Origin: Nostoc punctiforme PCC 73102
GTDB taxonomy: Bacteria; Cyanobacteriota; Cyanobacteriia; Cyanobacteriales; Nostocaceae
Length of the DNA stretch: 32,000 nt
Assembly: GCF_000020025.1 (NCBI RefSeq)
Contig: NC_010628.1
Coordinates: 1,590,001 to 1,622,000 of the forward strand
Reading direction: 5' to 3'
In this document: positions 27,542 through 32,000 of the stretch, one piece after another
Numbering within the stretch: position 1 is the stretch's first letter
Layout: each line of letters begins with the position of its first letter
Notes under the pieces: model-generated
What the model saw: the letters and a program-made list of their open reading frames with translations, nothing else
Databases searched by the model: none
What the model was told of the DNA's origin: nothing
Made by a program: the position numbers and the translations under genes

Positions 27542-27761
27542 CCCAATGCCTACGAAGTTAGCTGACGGGCTAGGGCTGAGAGATGCCCTTCTTTTTAGAG
27601 TGCTGAGTAACGAGTGCTGTTAGCGGTAGCGGGGCGTTTAGCCCGTGCTGAGTTAACTCTTCACTTCTCACTTTTAACTCCTCACTTTCTATGAGATACG
27701 CCCCACAATTTGGTTCCTCCGCTCCAGCGTTATGCACTGTGACACGCTGAATTAGGCTGAC
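27542..27761. repeat. copy B of the dispersed structured element, with a ~100-bp internal insertion
   Basis: Same conserved blocks and same orientation as 25036-25153. The hairpin at the equivalent position has a different stem sequence (CAGCGT 27725-27730 / ACGCTG 27744-27749). Extra GTGCTGAGT / AACTCYTCAC-type repeat material lies at ~27585-27685. Confidence 0.7.
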
Positions 27762-28183
27762 TTACTCTAATGGATACTAAATTATGCACAATATAACATT
27801 GATGCTCAGTAAAAGCCATCTATCTGAGAATAAATATTGTTTATTTAAATACCAGGATTCAGTACCTCCCCTTACTTTTTGGGAATAAGTAAAATTTATA
27901 CCTTTAATAAGGTGGTGAATGAACTCCTTGCACAGAAGGCTAAACAATATAGTTGAGTCAAGCATCAATATTGTTACCTGCTTGTTTGGAATCTATTAGC
28001 ATAAAATATATTATACCTAGGAAAATTAAATACGTATAATTAATCAGCAAACAAACAAATATACAGAATGTATTTCTTTTGGTAGGTGGATTAAATTCTT
28101 AAACTTGGTAAAAGACCACTGCAATCGCTAAACTAATTGGATATGGCAGTTTGCTCATCTATCTCCTAGCTGAATTTAACATA

Positions 28184-29374
28184 ATGGATTTTAGTCAAGT
28201 ACTGGCTGAAAAAACGGACACCATCATCGATAAATGGGTTACAGCAGTTCGCAAGGATAGACGGATTGAAAGTGCTGATGACCTATCTTATACAGCAGTA
28301 AAAGATCATATCCCTGATGTTTTACAAGCAATGGTAACAGTGCTTTCAAAATCTCAGGATAGTGATATTCAGTCGATAGTTACTGCTAGTTTTCAGCATG
28401 GAGCTATTCGAGCAGAACAAGGTTTTGACCCAGCAGAAATTGCCAGAGAATATCATCTGCTACGAACGGTAATATTTGATGCCATACACGCAGATTTATT
28501 AAAGGGAACACCTGTAGATATAATTCGTTCCATGCGTTTGATTGACGCTATCATAGACGAAGCGATCGCTCGATGTTTTAAGAGTTATGTTGACGAACGC
28601 TTGCGAGAATTACAGCAGTTGCAGTTATCATTAACGCTCCACAATGAAGAACTCACACGCCTAATGAGCGCCAATCAAGAGTATCTTTCGCAACTAGCCC
28701 ACGAATTAAAACATCCTCTAACTTCCATTATTGGTTACTCGGATCTGTTTTTACGCCAACAACGACGCAAGACACAGATAAAAGACACCTCAGCTAATTT
28801 AGAACATATTGAGCGGGTATTACGTAACGGTAGACAATTACTCCACCTGATTAACGATGTATTAGAACTTTCGCGCTATGAAGCAGGACAGATAAAACTT
28901 CAACTAGCACCCACTGATGTGTCTGAATTAATCAATAATATCTGTGAAATGTTGGAACCTTTAGCTGTTGGGAAAAATTTAAAAGTCGTAGTGGATTGCG
29001 ATCGCGCTCCCAAAGAATTAATTATAGATCCTTTTCAGTGCCAACAAATTATTACAAATCTTATTAGTAATGCTATTCGCTATACAGAGTCGGGGACTAT
29101 TATTATAATGTGTCAGGTGTTGGAGAACCAGAGATGGGCGATCGCAGTTTCTGACACTGGAATTGGCATTGCACCAGAAAACCAAGCCCAGATATTTGAA
29201 CCCTACTTTCGTGTCAGTTTTAGCGATCGTCCCTATCTACCCGATAGTACAGGATTGGGATTAGCGATCGTTTCGCGGTTAGTAAAACTACTCCAAGGTC
29301 AAATTAACTTAGTTTCTGAGGTGGGAGTTGGTTCTACCTTCACTGTAATTTTTCCCTTACAAATAGAGAGTTGA
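28184..29374 (+). CDS. sensor histidine kinase (cytoplasmic)
   Basis: ATG at 28184 (the track start at 28151 is TTG). H-box LAHELKHPLTSIIGYSDL, N-box ITNLISNAIRYT, G1 VSDTGIGI, G2 GLGLAIV. No TM helix. Confidence 0.9.
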   Translation: MDFSQVLAEKTDTIIDKWVTAVRKDRRIESADDLSYTAVKDHIPDVLQAMVTVLSKSQDSDIQSIVTASFQHGAIRAEQGFDPAEIAREYHLLRTVIFDAIHADLLKGTPVDIIRSMRLIDAIIDEAIARCFKSYVDERLRELQQLQLSLTLHNEELTRLMSANQEYLSQLAHELKHPLTSIIGYSDLFLRQQRRKTQIKDTSANLEHIERVLRNGRQLLHLINDVLELSRYEAGQIKLQLAPTDVSELINNICEMLEPLAVGKNLKVVVDCDRAPKELIIDPFQCQQIITNLISNAIRYTESGTIIIMCQVLENQRWAIAVSDTGIGIAPENQAQIFEPYFRVSFSDRPYLPDSTGLGLAIVSRLVKLLQGQINLVSEVGVGSTFTVIFPLQIES

Positions 29375-29432
29375 TTTCGTGCCAAGACGTAAAATTATTG
29401 TCCACACCTCTGCGTGAAATCAAAAAACATTT

Positions 29433-30119
29433 TTACAACAACCCTTGTTTTTTCAACTTAGTTAGCGCATCCTCAGCAGCAGCTTTCTCTGCTTCTTTCT
29501 TATTGCGTCCCTTACCTTCGCCATAAATTTTTTCATCTACCAATACTTTGGCTATAAATTCTGGTGCATGAGAAGGGCCTCCTATTTGTTCTGTAAAGTA
29601 TTTGGGGGGATTTGGAGTAACGTTGCGTTGTACCCATTCTTGAAAGCGATTTTTTGAGTCTACATTAGAACGAGACACAACTATATGTTTAGGGTCTACA
29701 GAATCAAATAGTGGTTCTATAATTGCGCGAACTGCTTCAATATTGGAATCATTATCCAAATAGTAAGCACCAAGAACTGCTTCAAAAGTGCTACTAAGTA
29801 AATTAGGATTTTGGTAGCCTCCGTCTAGAATTGCGCCTTTTCCTAACCGCATCCTAAAGTCTAAACCTACCTCTTCAGCGAACTTTGCTAATTGCTTCTC
29901 ATCTACCAACGCCGAACGCCGCCGTGTTAATTCATCTTCTCCCATTTCTGGGTGACACTTATATAGATATTCGCCACTTAAAAAATTCAGCAAAGCATCA
30001 CCGAGGAATTCTAGGCGTTCATTATGTTCGCCTTCTCCGGGGTTCTCATGGACATAAGAACGGTGAGTAAGTGCGTGGCGTAGAAGTTTTTCATTATGGA
30101 ATATTAGAATTTTGTGCAT
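29433..30119 (-). CDS. rnc: ribonuclease III
   Basis: RNase III signature NERLEFLGDALL, plus a C-terminal dsRBD (GPSHAPEFIAKVLVDEKIYGEGKGRNKKEAEKAAAEDAL). Confidence 0.95.
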   Translation of the reverse strand: MHKILIFHNEKLLRHALTHRSYVHENPGEGEHNERLEFLGDALLNFLSGEYLYKCHPEMGEDELTRRRSALVDEKQLAKFAEEVGLDFRMRLGKGAILDGGYQNPNLLSSTFEAVLGAYYLDNDSNIEAVRAIIEPLFDSVDPKHIVVSRSNVDSKNRFQEWVQRNVTPNPPKYFTEQIGGPSHAPEFIAKVLVDEKIYGEGKGRNKKEAEKAAAEDALTKLKKQGLL

Positions 30120-30218
30120 TTTTCTCTTGTGTTTTGTTGCAGAAATTGACTGTTGGGAAACTTGACAAGTGTTATTTTATTGAGACATGAAAAAAACCGC
30201 AAATCGCGGCGTGTTGCT

Positions 30219-30250
30219 AAAACCCAGTTGAATAGAAAACTGGGTTTTTC
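30219..30250. terminator. hairpin terminator between the NYN gene and rnc
   Basis: AACCCAGTT (30221-30229) pairs with AACTGGGTT (30238-30246), with T/A runs on both sides. A second minus-strand hairpin, CCGC-GAUUU-GCGG followed by UUUUUUU, lies at ~30191-30210. Confidence 0.6.
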
Positions 30251-30259
30251 AAAGTTATA

Positions 30260-31057
30260 TTAGGCAGCCGTATCTAAATCAGTTAAAAATAACTTCTGAT
30301 TTTGCTTTTGAACTTTGCCATCCTTGACAGCAACATCAATAAACTGGCTAAAACTTTTAAATTTCTTGCCATCATCTGTACAAATAGATAAATATCCTTG
30401 ATAGTTAGCACAACGTTGACGCATCAATCTATCAATGCGACCAAATACAGTAGGCTTACCTTGCATTGAGGCAATTTTGATAGCTTCAATTAAATACTCT
30501 ATAGCCTCTTTGTAATTAATCTGAGACACAATATCTGTGTTTTGAGGTTGAGTCTTATTGGTATTGGCAACTAGCTGAGGTAATTCATCTACAAAATGGA
30601 AGTTATCATTACCAACCAGTTTAATCAACTTTGGACTCTCACTACCTCGTTGAGCAAAAATTTTCACCTTTTTACCCAAACTTTTGAGAATACAAATTAA
30701 ACCGGCATAGTCCCAGTCTCCTGAAAGTAAGATAATTGTTGTCAGAGAAGGATTAAAGGCAACTGCTTTAACACAGTCAGCCATCAATCGATAATCTGCA
30801 CTATTATTTGAATGATCGGGAACATCAACACACTTGATCCCAAGAATTTCTAGCTCATTTTTAGTACAAACTTGGTTTATATAGTGTGAATTATAGTAGA
30901 CATTTTTGCAGTCTATACGCCCTTTGGATTGGGCAAATTCTAGCAAAAAATGACCTTTTCCTTTAATTAAAGAGACGTTCTGAATATCGGCAAAAATACC
31001 GACATAATTTTTCTGCTGGCTTGTTTGTTTTTTGGAAGATTGATCGGAATGTGGCAT
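30260..31057 (-). CDS. NYN-domain (LabA-like) protein with C-terminal OST-HTH/LOTUS-like domain
   Basis: ATG at 31057 (MPHSDQ...). The NYN pattern is VGIFADIQNV ... ADYRLMADC ... IILLSGDWDYAGLI. The C-terminal ~80 aa (YKEAIEYLIEAIKIA...FGRIDRLM...FKSFSQFIDVAVKDG) look OST-HTH-like. Confidence 0.75.
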   Translation of the reverse strand: MPHSDQSSKKQTSQQKNYVGIFADIQNVSLIKGKGHFLLEFAQSKGRIDCKNVYYNSHYINQVCTKNELEILGIKCVDVPDHSNNSADYRLMADCVKAVAFNPSLTTIILLSGDWDYAGLICILKSLGKKVKIFAQRGSESPKLIKLVGNDNFHFVDELPQLVANTNKTQPQNTDIVSQINYKEAIEYLIEAIKIASMQGKPTVFGRIDRLMRQRCANYQGYLSICTDDGKKFKSFSQFIDVAVKDGKVQKQNQKLFLTDLDTAA

Positions 31058-31202
31058 TGTAATGTATCCAGTATTGTTTAGTGAACTGGACAGATTTAAC
31101 AAATTACACATCTAACAGTAGCAGAACTTTAGACTAGGAATTTGTACTTAAAAAGTACTTTTCTGTCATAAAGTTCTCATAGCGTAGCGTTTTTTGGTTC
31201 AA

Positions 31203-31388
31203 GTCTCAGCCGTAGAATTCCTGGCTTGCTACCAAGTTTCGCGTCATACCTTCCCCTGAATATTCATCCAAACATCTTGTCTTACCATTGAAAGTCTAGT
31301 CAATCAGTTGACCTGACATTGGGCTGAAAATTCAGCCGAAGGGATAACACGAAGCTCGGCAGGAAACTAGGAATTCTGCTGCTGAGAC
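31203..31388 (+). ncRNA. ssrS: candidate 6S RNA (~186 nt)
   Basis: The ends pair: GTCTCAGC/GCTGAGAC (8 bp), then AGAATTCCTGG/CTAGGAATTCT (11 bp), with further helices inward (CUUGCU/GGCAGG, UUUCG/CGAAG, CCUUC/GAAGG). Inside is a large unpaired region. Its 5' strand, CCCCUGAAUAUUCAUCCAAAC, resembles E. coli 6S CCCCUGAGCCGAUAUUUCAUACCAC. The 3' strand carries a small hairpin (GGCUGA-AAAU-UCAGCC), and there is an apical hairpin (GUCAA-UCAG-UUGAC). The element sits in a 479-bp gene-free gap. Strand and ends are uncertain. Confidence 0.5.
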
Positions 31389-31590
31389 AATACCAAAAAC
31401 CTGCATTATACAGTGTGGTTGTTTGTTCTGTCTTAATATACAGAGTTACATAGATGACCCTGAATTGTCAACATACTTATTTATAAAGATTCGTAAAAGC
31501 GATCGCCTGTCATCCATGAAGTTTAAGAATCATCTATGATATTCTCTCAAAGCCAGCATTTATTTAAAAATTTTCTAGTTAATAAATAAT

Positions 31591-32000
31591 TTACGATTTA
31601 CTTTGCGCGATCGCACTATATAAAATACCTAAAATTTTCTTAACATCCTTAATATAATATTCACTCAAATCAATCGAAACTACATTGCCTTCAAGCTTGA
31701 GAAATTGCCAGAGTGTACCTATAGTAACAGCACCATATATAGCTTTAATTTGATTTCTACCTCTCTCGTTAAATAACTGAGCAGCTACCATTTCGGCAAT
31801 ACATTGAGCTAAACCAGACCTCAAATTTTCATTTTTACTTTCTACTAAAACAATCACTGGACTGCGTACAAGCAACTGCTCCGAGGAAAGACTCAAAATA
31901 AAATCACAAAAGCCATTTAGTCCTCGTTGGCTATCAACAGTAAAATCAACTCCCGAAAAAAAGCTTATTTCATAATTAAATTTGCGCCTAATTTCTAATA
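31591..32000 (-). CDS. PD-(D/E)XK nuclease-like protein (N-terminus outside window)
   Basis: The frame stays open upstream of the track start (a TTG) to the window edge (...EIRRKFNYEISFFSGVDFTVDSQRGLNGFCDFILSLSSEQLLVRSPVIVLVESKNEN...). The D...ExK arrangement (CDFIL ... VLVESK) is typical of restriction-endonuclease-fold proteins. Confidence 0.6.
   Translation of the reverse strand, partial: LEIRRKFNYEISFFSGVDFTVDSQRGLNGFCDFILSLSSEQLLVRSPVIVLVESKNENLRSGLAQCIAEMVAAQLFNERGRNQIKAIYGAVTIGTLWQFLKLEGNVVSIDLSEYYIKDVKKILGILYSAIAQSKS

Noticed and set aside
27670-27690. ACUCCUCAC motif resembling the conserved single-stranded core of the cyanobacterial sRNA Yfr1
   Set aside because: It sits inside repetitive AACTCYTCAC material. 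It lacks the full ACUCCUCACAC core and the flanking stem-loop and terminator.
31185-31210. tRNA T-arm-like GGTTCAAGTC
   Set aside because: There is no matching T-stem, acceptor stem or anticodon arm. The sequence is the 5' edge of the 6S-like closing helix.
1-32000. cas genes, tracrRNA-like anti-repeats or transposase genes associated with the array
   Set aside because: No ORF shows Cas-like motifs. I found no sequence complementary to the repeat outside the array. The MITEs carry no transposase.

Overview
This window looks like a chromosomal segment from a filamentous, Nostocales-type cyanobacterium. The evidence is frequent HIP1 octamers (GCGATCGC), heptamer repeats, several MITEs, and PEP-CTERM, HLIP and CHASE2/DUF928 genes.

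Gene content, left to right:
- a 5'-truncated PEP-utilizing enzyme gene with an overlapping cupin gene
- two small hypothetical genes
- a DUF928 / CHASE2-cyclase gene pair
- aroA, a PEP-CTERM protein gene and phoD
- a 59-repeat, 58-spacer CRISPR array (11611-15868)
- two exported hydrolase genes
- a 1038-aa membrane-anchored protein with eight ~98-aa repeats
- a tandem hli cluster of two intact copies plus one internally deleted copy
- an ArsB/NhaD-type permease gene and a usp-like gene
- a decayed nrt/cmp-type ABC transporter operon
- a histidine kinase gene, rnc, a NYN/OST-HTH gene, a ~186-nt 6S-RNA-like element, and a PD-(D/E)XK nuclease-like gene that runs off the window

I could not recognise any cas gene in the window.

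Main observations:
- The CRISPR array is large, homogeneous and has no adjacent cas genes. Its polarity can be read from the sequence, its spacers are rich in HIP1, and a MITE sits exactly at its trailer boundary.
- All three remaining genes of the transporter operon are broken. The remnant is bracketed by two direct copies of a ~120-nt element that has conserved blocks and a hairpin whose stem sequence differs between copies while pairing is kept. This could be an unclassified structured RNA or a dispersed repeat.
- There is an unannotated 6S-like RNA candidate.
- A G-quadruplex-prone heptamer tract lies in a divergent promoter region.

I could not identify a clearly novel protein-coding system. 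All homology calls come from motif recognition by eye, not from database searches.
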